A stretch of 64,000 nucleotides of DNA, taken from NCBI GenBank assembly GCA_046563655.1, contig CM102290.1, forward strand, positions 4,278,001-4,342,000, in the 5' to 3' direction. Below, piece by piece: positions 25,397-37,175 of the stretch. Below the pieces are notes generated by a model. That model made no database searches. It saw nothing but the letters and a program-made list of their open reading frames with translations, and was not told where the DNA came from. Origin of the DNA: Yuukianura sp. NJ FZ-2021. Taxonomy: Eukaryota. How positions within the stretch are numbered: position 1 is the stretch's first letter; each line of letters begins with the position of its first letter. A program made the position numbers and the translations under genes.

Positions 25397-28300
25397 ATGG
25401 AGAAGAGGTTAGTCATACAAACCTAATAGTTTTCGAACTGTATTCATGACCCCTAAGCATCGTACGAAGCGACTTTTGTTTAACCCTATTTGATCATTTT
25501 AGCTCGGGGACAGAATCCAGCCATGCTAAAAGTTCATATGCTGAAAGTAATGTTCGTGAAGACGAAGCGCTGCCACACCCAAAGACACGGTCTGGGTTAA
25601 GAGGACGGCAACATAAAAATGAATTACAGGACCCTTCAGTCGAAATTGAAGCACGAGCAGGATTTACAACTGAATTTCAAGCCGTCATGAGAGAAGTGGC
25701 TAAAGAGGACGACGACTTTGATTCCCAAAAATTCAGTTCGGTTCTAGTCAAATTTTCTTTACAACTTGAAAAAATGAGAAAGCTAGAGTGGAAGCCGCAA
25801 CTCGAGAAGTTAATACGGGAAATGAAGGTATTTGCTACAATGGTTACCCACTTTTTCTTTAATTTGACGTTTTTAGTCTTCTGTGTTAACTGTTAAGGAC
25901 TTCCCAACAATGGTGTGAAGAATTCTTGTTCTTAGAATTGCATCGTTTTCCGAGCTGTCTTCCATTCGGAATTACAATGTGAAAGGGAAAAATTAAGTAT
26001 CCGGTCGAATATTCCAGCATCTGAGATTCAGGTATTTGGGGTGTGGTGATGATCATTAATGCAATTAATTTCTCCCACGTTAAGTATTATTTATAAAAAT
26101 TAACAGGCTCAGCAAAATGCAAACTCAGAAGTGATCATCAAATGCGCCTTTGACGTACTTCATAAAATCTTAGACGTGAGTACCTACCAATGATTGGGTT
26201 TTGTGTTCCTATTATTTGTTTGTTAAACTCGTCTGAATTCTAATAGTAATTGATTGGTAGTACTTGTTTGGTTTCAGCTTCTTTCACCAAAGGATGCCTT
26301 CAAGTTTTTCGTCGAGCTTTTGTACCCGACGAGTCGGGATAGGGTAATCAGTCTCATGGATTACGTTCGGATGCCAGTATTAGCACAGAACCTTAATGCT
26401 GTACCTACCGTCAACCTTAGTAGTTTGTTACGACTCGCAGTGGCGGCCTTGAGGAAAGCCAAGTGTACGTTGTCACGTGGAGAGCGTAAAATTACAGCGT
26501 AAGCTAGTATATTGGTTACGATTTTATGAATCCCTGTTGTAGTAGTATCAAAGCGTGATATCTTTTAAAAATCACAATAATTTCGTATCGTTTCTTATCC
26601 AATGAATATGAAGGTACGTGAACATTCCATACACTTCCGAAACGGCAACTCCGACTCCTTACGTGGATAGTTTTTGCAACTTCTTACTGAACGCCATAAA
26701 CACTCCTGTGCCGGACCTTCCTCTTGACGAGGTATTTAATTTATTAGATTTTGAGAATCATTTTGTTTTAATTTGTTTGTATTCTGTTGTAGGTTTTTAA
26801 TGCGCTCATGAGTACTGTTGAAGCAGCTCCATTTTTGACTTTAAGTATGGACTCGAACGTCTTAGGGAGGCTGATTGAGTTCGCTACTGCAAATCCCCCA
26901 GGTAAACTGTAGTTAGACTTTGCATTTAATTGTATTTAAGATGCGCCGAAATATGTCACATTAATTCATCCGCATATACTACTAATGAGGTTTGCGTTGG
27001 GAAACACGCCCGGTAATCTTGTCTTTTTTTGCTCATTGAGTTCTTTTTCTTGCAATTCCAGGGATTCCAGTCAAACTTACCCTGTCCCTGATGGGTTTAG
27101 TAGTCACTGTTGAATGGCGCGATGAAGACTTAAATATGACCCGTGCAGACTTTCACAATTTTGCAGTGTGTGTTTGTGATAACGTCATCTCAAAATTCAT
27201 TGTGGAGGTGAAGTCGAATTCGGTTCCAGCGATGAACTTACTGGAAACGATAGAAACGGCTGACGCAGCGATTCGAGTTCTTGTCTTGTGTGCTGAGCAG
27301 CCGTCGAAATTTCAACCGGTTGCGATGCGTTGTTTTACTCTTATTAGCGACGTTTTATTAATGGAATCTCACTTTGAGAAGTTGTGGTGAGTCTTTGTCG
27401 TTGTACAGAATCGCTCATCCCTAAATGGTACCAACCACTAACCCGGCCGTATTCAGGTCGAGAGTTTTCATGTTTAATTTTTATTTGTTTTTTTTTTAGG
27501 TTACGCCCGAATATTGAAAGCAGACAATCAGCTTGTGATACCTTAACTGAAAAAGCGGTTACCAACCTATTGTTAGGATGCCTACTGTTTACGAAAAACC
27601 TCATCAAGCTTTTTGGCACTCTTTTACAAGGTATGTTATAGGTAGTGTTAATGCAAAAACTACTTTTAACCAATTTGAGCTTCGGTTTTTTCGTAATAGG
27701 AAATTGTGAAAATGACTTGTGTGGCGAAGTCGAACAGTTCACTGAGGTGTTGTTTGAACTATTTTCGAAGAGCCGTCTTTTTGCAACTTCAAACGTCACA
27801 GTTTTATCTGCATTGATCGATTGCTTCTCAGCACTGAATGAGTCCCTCTTTGAAACCTTAAATGTAAGCAATTTTAATTCTTTTTCCGTTAAATAGTATT
27901 ACAGCAATATTTCGGTATTAACTTAATTGTTCTTGTGATTAGGATACTCAGCGTGTATTTTGCGTCGTCAACGTGTTGAGCCACTCTAGGCATGAATGCG
28001 ATGCAGTGAGGGCAAAAGCAGCTAGAGGAATGGCTATGTTCCTGGAGTTCAAGTGTTTGGTGGAGGTAATTCAATCATTTTATTCAGTGAATATTCTGTA
28101 GCAACAACCTTGTGGATTTGCGATTCGTTTTCTAGGAGGAACCTCAATTTCTTCTTGACTGTTTGGACTCCATTTGCGCTCAATTTGCGCTCGAAGGTAA
28201 GAAAAAGAGCTCACAGCATACACGACTTCTCAACAGTCGGCTTACCTTCTCCTGGGCTGCAAGTAACCTCGTTGACGCCCTTGCAAAATTTTATTCCGAA

Positions 28301-29341
28301 TCTGCTCATCCGAGTTTGGGATGGCAAGTGTATGACAAGATCTTTCAATTGGGCATGCATTTACAGAAGGAGCACCCGAAGGTAATACAAAAATACATTT
28401 CTCATGCAGCTCATGTTGTTGAATACTTTTAATTGATACAAGAACGTTTCTGTTGCAGATGAGGTACAATGCTAACAGGGCCTTGGGAGCACTCATTCTT
28501 TGGACTCCGGTACAAATTCTGGAGAATCCAAAGTTGGAACACCATATTATGACTATTGTTCATAGTCTTTCAGACCAACTGGGTACAGGACAAGATTTCA
28601 AGGTAACATCACGTACAATTCATAGTAAAAGCGTGAAAATGTTTTGTTGCAGTCCAGACGGTTTCAGATACTGATTGTAATGTAGGCTCGATGGAATGCC
28701 TCTCATGCTGTAGGGAATTGCTTGAGAAAAAAGGAAGTCTGGGAAAAATTCAACTCGGTCTTACTGGTAAATATTGAATTTCTGCTACTGTGAAGTAGTG
28801 GGTTATCTATTTGCTAATTTTCTGTTTTAATCTAGGAGACAATCCTACCTGCTTATATTCGTGCCATAAAAGCCGGTGACAACTTTAAAGAGCAAATCTA
28901 CTGTCTTAAGTCCTTGCAGTCCTTGCCGAATCATGGATCCTATGGAACATACTATAAAGAATTATTCGAAGTAGTTTTACAGGCCTTTAATTCAGGTTCA
29001 GAGTCAAAAGTATTTGTGCCTTATGGAATTTTCGAAAACTACAAAGAAGAAGTGAGTTTAAAATTTAGAACCGAATTTGGAACAGTGATGCACATGATAA
29101 AGGCTTAACTTCTCAACAGGTAGCGCGCACAATCTTACACTTTGCTGGAATGAAGGAGTCTATCAAGGTTCGGGACTTGCAACTTTGGCGAGCTTTGGAA
29201 ACTGTATTTGAAGCAAATCAGGAGATACTTTCTGAAGTTCATTTGCTTATATCGGAGAGCAACAAAGCCGAAAACGATACGGAGTCTATTAAGGCCGGAC
29301 TGGAAACTCTTGAAAAAACGTTCAAAGACATTCAAATGTGA
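25397..29341 (+). CDS. HEATR6: HEAT-repeat protein, HEATR6-like
   Basis: Multi-exon helical protein. C-terminal motifs AVRAKAARGMAMF, WAASNLVDAL, KMRYNANRALGAL, DFKARWNASHAVGNCL and DNFKEQIYCLKSL resemble the HEATR6 KVRWNAC/NFKVR-type repeats. Start inferred from ATG GAG AAG AG|GT spliced in frame to 25503. Confidence 0.65.
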
Positions 29342-29708
29342 AGAAAAATTTTCAAAGACAGGCAAATGAATGGCGGCAGCAAGAGTGTCAGTTTATCCTG
29401 CCCCGTCACCGCTTTACTTCTCACACCAGTTGCAAATTGTAATTGAACTTTTTCAAAATTTCAAAAAGATTCCGGAAGGTTTATGGTTGTCCAAATTAGT
29501 AAACGTACGAGTTAGATCAAAACCAAAGTGAATTTTTCCAGTGTTCTTAAATGGTGATACCAAACGTTCGAACTGCATCTTCTAAGAATTGATGCCAGCC
29601 ATGTGATTCTCAGGTTAATTTATTGTACGAGTCATGGAGTCATATATCTTTATTAAAAATAATAACTTAAATACTCTAAAAACTGAAATAAAGAACTACA
29701 ATTCGTTT

Positions 29709-30474
29709 TTACTGCTTCGTAAGTAGGTCGAATTCCCATCGTTGTTGGATAGACATGTCATTGCACGAGAGTGACTCCACGACCAGCCCGTATCTAGAAA
29801 TATTGTGTTTTTTGTTTCTCAATTAACTATACATAGTTAATTTTTTAAAAAAATCCAAATTTTAGTTATGCCAAAACTAAACAAATTACCCCGGGTTATC
29901 CAGACACCTTCCAGTCACAGTACTTCGGATGAGGTATGTCGCTGGTGCCACTGAAATGAGTTCCGTGATGTGTCTATCCGGTTTGTTGTCAACAATGGCT
30001 GCTGTCATTTTGTTAAACGTGTTTTCCTGTGAGAAAATCCAGTACTCTTTCCCTAGAACAATTGCAGTAAATCAATTAGTCACAATTGTTTTAAAGTTGA
30101 CTTTAGGATTTGTACAGCACAAGAACCCATTTGATCCAGCCCAATCACATCCCAGCGTTGTTCACGGAAGTTTCCCCATTTTTCAGTTGTGATGTTTCCC
30201 AAATCAGCGTCACTCCGGTGACTGAAGGAGGCGTGTCCAGCAGTTGCGTACTGAGGTAAACCAAAAGCAAAAGTTGCATATGACAATCCTAATTTTAAAA
30301 AAGTTTTGGTAATTGTTAATTGAATATGAAAAAATAAAAATTTACGAGTCCATCAAACATGCTCCGAATACGATAGTTTCCTCCATTGATAATGTCACCG
30401 GCTACAGATGATGCTAAGATCATCAGGACAATAGCTATCCAGTAACACAAGATAAAACGACGCAAAGTTTCCAT
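29709..30474 (-). CDS. Secreted single-domain ricin-B (beta-trefoil) lectin-like protein
   Basis: Four in-phase exons: signal peptide METLRRFILCYWIAIVLMILASSVAG, then GNYRIRSMFDGLYATA...EQRWDV...EYWIFS...TYLIRSTVTGRCLDNPGYGLVVESLSCNDMSIQQRWEF...*. Contains QxW motifs and a GxCLD...C...QxW repeat. Confidence 0.7.
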
Positions 30475-30946
30475 TTTTGGTGGAGCTTGCGCAGAAACTT
30501 GATGCTCACTGGAAGTTGTTTGGAAAGTTTGCTTTTAAGGGGAAAGTACCATGTTCCTTCCACAATGAATTACCGTTAGTTGGTCTAATTTTGGAACAAT
30601 TAATGTAATTTATTAACTCCAAGATTCATGGGTCCTCGTCAACATGATCCTCCAACTGGTAAGAATGGACTACAATAAGCCGCTTTGTTGACTCTTATTT
30701 TCGCAAATGTTGCTCCGCTTTCTGAATTTTTTTTTTATTCCAACTATAACGTTTTAAAGTGTGCCAAAAAACCAGTTTTTATTTTCGCAAGACGCTCTCA
30801 CTTGTTGCTGCTTTTCTAAGCTGAGAAAAGTTATGGACGAATACAAGAGAAGGAAATCCTGGTAAATTACGCTGTGACGTAGGCATTTTTTGAGAACTTT
30901 AACTTGTAATATTTTAGTTTGGTTAGAATCATTATAATTAAGTTAG

Positions 30947-32362
30947 CTAATTAGTGCCACTAGAGCAGTGTTGGTCGTATTTGGCTATACTTTTTTCCAT
31001 AATTTGTACAACATGTAGGAATGGCTCACTGTCACCTCTGTTGGGGAATAATTCTTGAGCTAATGTCAAAGTTTGTTGTAAAAGAGCGGTGCACCTTGCG
31101 TTAATTTCAAAATCTTCCGTGCGGCCAGTCGACTGGTGTCGGTGTATCTCCTGGTAAATCTAGAAAACAAAAAAAAGAGCAAGAAGAAGAGAAGCGTCGA
31201 TTAAAGCGATTAAAATTCACAAACGTCAAAAGAGAAATATATTTTTTCCTCAACTCAAAACTAAAAAAAAAAACAAGAAAAATTGCTTCTGGAGTTCGCA
31301 AAATTTTAGATCCGGTTTGACAATGTCAAACAAAAAATTCCAAGTTTTATGGTTTGAAAATTAGTATAGTCTTACTTCATACGCTTGTCCAAATGTGCTG
31401 CCGATGGTTTCCGCCCAACATTGATTGATATCATCGTGACCCGATAAAATAGCGGCTGACTTGAACGCTATTGAAAATGCAGCTGAAACGCCTATGAACT
31501 GGTCTGATAGCACAGATTCATCGCAAATTCCAGCCAAAGCATTACCCATCAATTCAAAAACTTTGGTAGATCTGATGCCCGCCAATGTCGAGTAAAACTG
31601 CGTAATAAGGAAGTCCCCAGTCAACGTCTTGATCATTGAAGCTTTGACCTTGACCTCATCTGTTATTGGATCGTCTGAAATGGAGTGATGGAGTAACTGC
31701 GACAGGAACAAGAACTCCATGGCAAACCCAAGTGATAAGTGCCTTCAAATTAAGTTGAAATTCAAAACCAAGCTTACAATTTTTAATTAACTTATTTAGC
31801 GGACTAACTGTAATTCCACTGCTGCTTGGGTACTTGTAGACATGCGTTTCAGGGCTTCTGATTTTCCAAAAAGTTTCCCAGCATAAAATAGGATGATGGT
31901 CCTCAACGGAATGATTTCGTCTTCGCAGAAAAATGTACTGAAACACGGATTTTTGTATTATAAATATATATATAATAGTATAATATAATTATATTATATT
32001 AACCTAACTAACGTAAACTTAGGTTAGTTAACATACTTTTGCATTTTCGTAAAGTTTAACTCCGCTTTAATTAATTTGCGAGCGTATCCGTGAGCTGCAA
32101 GTGGAAGTAAAACGTCCAACATATTACAACCCGGTGTTGAAATTTTTTCAAAAAATTGTTGTGCTTCGGTAGAGAGTAAGCTTGGAAGTTTGCTAAAATA
32201 AATAAAATAGTAAAATCTGAATTTACGTTGAAATTTCATTTATGCCTATACTATTTATGCCTGAATTGAGCAAGTCACCCTTTTTTAAATAAAGTTTTCC
32301 ACTGTATAAGAGTTGGTGATTCTGCTTGTGGCACTTCCATTTTTAGCTTTCAATGAACTCAT
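30947..32362 (-). CDS. Divergent trans-prenyltransferase-fold protein, most similar to the non-catalytic PDSS2/DLP1 subunit
   Basis: Five in-phase exons from ATG at 32362: ...IPLRTIILFYAG...AMEFLFLSQLLHHSISDD...IKTLTGDFLITQFYSTLAGIRSTKVFELMGNAL...AFKSAAILSG...GSTFGQAYEIYQE. This matches the trans-IDS helix order (E-x6-LLH, K-x3-GDFL, G-x2-FG-xA-x-E/Q) but the DDxxD motifs are lost. Confidence 0.6.
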
Positions 32363-33262
32363 TTCCCACGGGGTTAACTTTTGTGTTTCTTTTAGCAATA
32401 TACTTTGTTGATTCCCAACTTTTATTTTGTCGTAAACGTTGCAACTACTTCGGTTTCAAAACGTTTCCTTCAAAGTCAATCGACAAAATGAGAATTTTGG
32501 GCGAGAAGTAAAAAGTTTTTACTACAAAAAAAGCTCCCAGCTTTTCAAACTCTCATCATTCTGTCAAGTTTTTCAAAAACAAACGTAGAAACATATACGG
32601 TTTACCAGAAAATGCCAAACTTTTCTCACACCTTCAAGTCCTAATGTCTGTTTATTTTATTATTTTATTTTGACCAAACAATTGTAAACGTCGAAAGAAT
32701 GCGCCAATTTTAACGTCAAACAAACACTGTTTTGATACATTGACTTTGAGTAATTCTTACAGAATAAGAAACAATAATAATATTAGGAACGCTGATGCAT
32801 TGTGTATTAAGTATAGAACACGCAAAATGTGCATCAAAATTGCCATGTTTGAAACATCGTAATGCGTAAATATTTCATTTTTACCAATTTCTGGTAAAAA
32901 AAACACGTAATATTTAAATATTTAGAATGTTCCTAGGAAATATTGTTTGTACCTCTGTCGATGAGTTATAGACACGTTGCAGGAATACAATTAATTTCTG
33001 AGGTGATGTAATCTTGTTTTGTTATAAGCAACAAATTGAAATATGACGCTGAACTTAAAAGACATTCTGAAAATGTCTGTAAGAAACTTCTAGAAATGTC
33101 TTATTTTTAATTTGCAGAGGCGATTGAACCTACGTTTGCAATGCATTTAGGTTACTTGAATTAGAATTAGATTTTGATGTTAAGCTCAATAACCGTCGAC
33201 AGCAGAATTAGTGCAGTCAGTTCAATTTTTGACTTCGAACCTAACTAACCTTTGCTAAAAAA

Positions 33263-34485
33263 ATGGTTTTCTTTTGGATTGTTCTATTTCTGAGTTGTAG
33301 CAAAGTAAAGAGCGCTAATTATTCGGTTAGTTTTGATTTCTCATAAATAATATTTTTTTACATTTCCAAATTCGTAGAAGGCATTATTTCTTATTTTTCT
33401 AATTTGTTGTTCAAATCAGAAGTGTACTGATGCTACAGAGTGCGACAATATTCTGCTGGAAGACGACGAGAAAGATCCTTCAATTTTTGGTATTTGTGTT
33501 TCAGAAGGAATACCAGGAACATGCTTCATATCCTACGACTTCGTATGCCCCGCCTTTCTACCAGCTTAATAGCACTAATTACTAAATTTACTAATTAATA
33601 AGAGTTGCGGGGTAGCTCTGCGAAGTGAAAGTTTATGCCCGCCGAAATAAAAATTCTTGTCACTATAATTATAATTATTAACCATTTTTGCAGGCACCTA
33701 CTCTAAATTTTAATGCCACTCTCAAAGATCCTCCAAGCCCTGATTGTGTAAAATCGACAGTAAAATCTGAAGCGAAAATTTGTCAAAATGGACTTACTTA
33801 TCTCAGAAAAGAATACGATGGTTTTCTATTTACGTTTGGAAACGTATATCATTGTCCAACCAGAATTGGAAAGAAAACAACATACTTAACTTGTTCTATG
33901 AAAGCAACTGAGAAAAGGAGACAAACTGTAACTTAAGTTGATCAAATGTCTCTTATATTATTTCATACCAATATAACATTATTTTTATAACAAAAATTGA
34001 CAAAATTTCATTTCATTTTTCAGATAACCTCAAAAAGCAACTTGGGTTGTCAAAACTCAACAACCTGCCGAAACATGTTGACGGACGTGGATAAAGGAAA
34101 ACAAGGAATTTTTAAATTATGTTTTGATATTGACGATGGATGTAAAAAAGACTGCGACGGAGCCTGTGGATTCGCATACGCCAAGGTTGATATACATTTA
34201 CGTATAATTATTTTCCTACTCACCTAACGTAAACATTTGCTTTAGTTGGCAAGTTACAATGAAACTGCTCGAATTCCAAACAAAAATTGCAGAGTTCCGG
34301 AAAAAGCCGATGGTGCTTATGGAAATACCCGCGTTATGAAAGCCTGTAGTACGTTAGTTGATGATTTAAAAGCAGTACTAAAACATAAGGTTACGCCGTT
34401 TAATCCTGCTGGCTATATCTGCACTGTCGGAGGAAAGAAATTGATCACTTGCGTTGCTCAACTAACGCAAGCTCGCCAGAAATAA
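33263..34485 (+). CDS. Secreted cysteine-rich protein with two tandem homologous domains (family unrecognised)
   Basis: Five exons joined by phase-0 GT-AG introns: hydrophobic leader MVFFWIVLFLSCSKVKSANYS, then KCTDATECDNIL...IFGIC...TCFISYDF, AP...DC...KIC...YHC...LTCSMK, GCQNSTTCRNML...IFKLC...ACGFAYAK and LA...NC...KAC...YIC...ITCVAQ*. Confidence 0.7.
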
Positions 34486-37175
34486 AGTAGTAATGGACGT
34501 AATTTCTATTTATACATTTGCAATGTATAGTATATATGAAATTTAATACATAATACATAATATAATAATATTTTTATTATAATAGGAATGAGATATGAAA
34601 GTGGACGAAGGCGGAGCGAAATGAAGAAATAAACTAAAACCACGAATTGCTAGTATGTAATATCAGTTTTGAGGAGTAAAAGTCTCCAGCGTAAAAAAGT
34701 TAAAATGGAAATAAAGAAATCTTGACAATAGAAGTTAATTGTAAGAGTCAACTACTTTATAGTAGAAATTTTTCTGTTTTTTGTGCAATGTGTTGCAGAG
34801 TTGACTTTCCCTTTGTTAATTCCAGTAAACGTAAATATTCCAAAATAAAATGCCAGTGAGGCTCCCAGTTAAAGTTATTAATTCCACACAAATTAATGAT
34901 TTATGAGTTAGTAAGAAGGTCGTTGACATTTAATATGTCAATGCGATTAGGAAATTTTCGTGCCACTTTGGTCTTACACGGATGGAACCCCTGCACTTTC
35001 TGCCAATTTGTGCTAAAAACCGGAATCGACTATTTGAAAACCTCAGAAATGATTACCATGTGCTTCAGGAGTCATTTATGCTGAATTTATGACTTTGGCC
35101 CTGTGCCCGAACTGGCTGTTGCTCGCTTGTTTCCGATTGGCTCCAGGACAAAAATGTGACCTTTGGTTGTGCACATCTTCCGACTTGGATTCTGTCTTCC
35201 GTTGATCCAATTTTCCCCTGTCCCAAAACAACTTCATTTGAACAACAACCGCGGAAGAGTTGTGGCATTTGTGACACGCAGGAATCTCTTCTTCTGTCGC
35301 CGCCTAACCTGTCATTGCAAGGTCACTCAACCTTAACAAGTCCGTAATGAAGATTTCATGGGAAATGGAAAATTCTGACACTTCGAAAAGGTAAATTTTT
35401 GACAATTTTTAATAACACTTTATCCTAGTTAATGTTAATTTTCCAATAAGTAGGCTTGACTAGTTCCCATCACATTCACAAATCACAACTGCAAAAAGAT
35501 TGGCACACAAAACAAAAAAAAATGTTTTTTTTTAAATTAAATGTGAGGGAACGAGAGATGAAAGTGCGAAAATGAGGTTGTACTTTACACTAGTGACAAA
35601 CACGGCTAGAGTTGGACAGAGTTTTCAATTTCAATGAATCATCCACTTCAATTAAAAACCTCGTCATACCTGATTTCAAAAATGGTTTTAAACATAGAAA
35701 ATATTTGCTCAAGTCTTTAGAAGGTTTCCGCTCGGGAGATTTGGAGCAGAAGTAATATGATGCGATGTGTACGATGGCAACACAAGGACGATAGTTTGGC
35801 GGCACCGAAGCAGAAAAATGAGCGTCACTTGGCTTTGGCGTACATAACTTTGAATTGAGTCTATGAACTTTGTTTTTGGATTTCCTATTTATGAAGCCAT
35901 AGAATTTCAAATGACTTTAACTCGTCAATTACTATTATCTCAACATCCACTTTGTAAGCCCACAATTGTTCTTTTCTGGGACATATTGTTCAACGTTAAC
36001 GGAAAACCGCACGGGTTCTTCCATTTTTTCATCTAAAGCAATTGGAATTTCAGATCAGGAAATACAAGTTTTTTCAATTTGGCGCGTTAGCGCATAAGTG
36101 ATGCTCAAACGAACCTGAGCTTTTGAAAAGCGGAAGTTCCTTTGACCAGCTAGAATCTAAAGTCCAGATCGCATAGTGCATTAGTAGAGTGGAAGCGTCG
36201 AGATAAACTACATCACAGTTAATAGATTAGAATGTAAACTGGACATCCGCATCCAGAACTTCCCTAAAGTCGAGTGAAGTCAGTCGCTGGAAAGTTGTGT
36301 TCGCGTATCATCTTTGACAGGTCAGAGGTCACGGCAGGATCATCCGTCAGTTTCATCTGAGTTTGTCCTGGTTGAATTCCGACTCCTCGCTTACTGTCTA
36401 TGCACCAAACGCTTAAGAAGGTAAACAAAAAATTTCCTTGGTGTTCCGGTTGGTCCAAAGAAGCTGCTGGAGAATTTGACGAATGACCATGGAAGAGTGA
36501 CAGGCAGTGCCCAGGGGAAGATGACACAGGGTTAGCCTCATGGTAGTATCGTGGACATGGAATCCAAACCACAGTTTTTTGGACATGAACTCATCATCAT
36601 GCTCTTCGACATTATAAATTCATCGCCGCTCCCTTCATTTTTTTGCTTGTACATTGTCTTGACGTAGAAATCCTACAGACCTGAAAGTGAAGTGGTTGTT
36701 TTTGCCAGTCTAACTTCAAGTGGTGCAGAAGATGCAAAGCAACAAGGACCTGTTTACGTTTAGACTCTGAAGAAGAAACAGGTTCAACCCTCTGCATTGA
36801 CCAAACTAAAGTCCTTTTCCTTGATTAATTCCGACAATAATAACAAAGTTCGTCTTTGATTCGTGACTTTCATGAAGGAAAAGCAGTAAACTCGCAAAAA
36901 AAATGGACGCAGTTCCAAGTAAGTCGTGTTTCCTAACCTAAGTTAATGACGTATAGTTAGTTCCGGAAAAAGTTTTCAGTTTTGTAGCAATTTTTGTGGT
37001 TAATTAATTTTCTGTCATTTGGTGTGATTGGTTTCAGACGCACACTACAGCCACTAGTCAGTCACAAGCCAAGGTTAAGTGTGAGCAGTGACGTAATATT
37101 TGAAACGGAAATGAAAAACTTATAAAATAGTGGACACATTGACACTAACCTGCTTCGAGGAATATCGTCGCTGCC

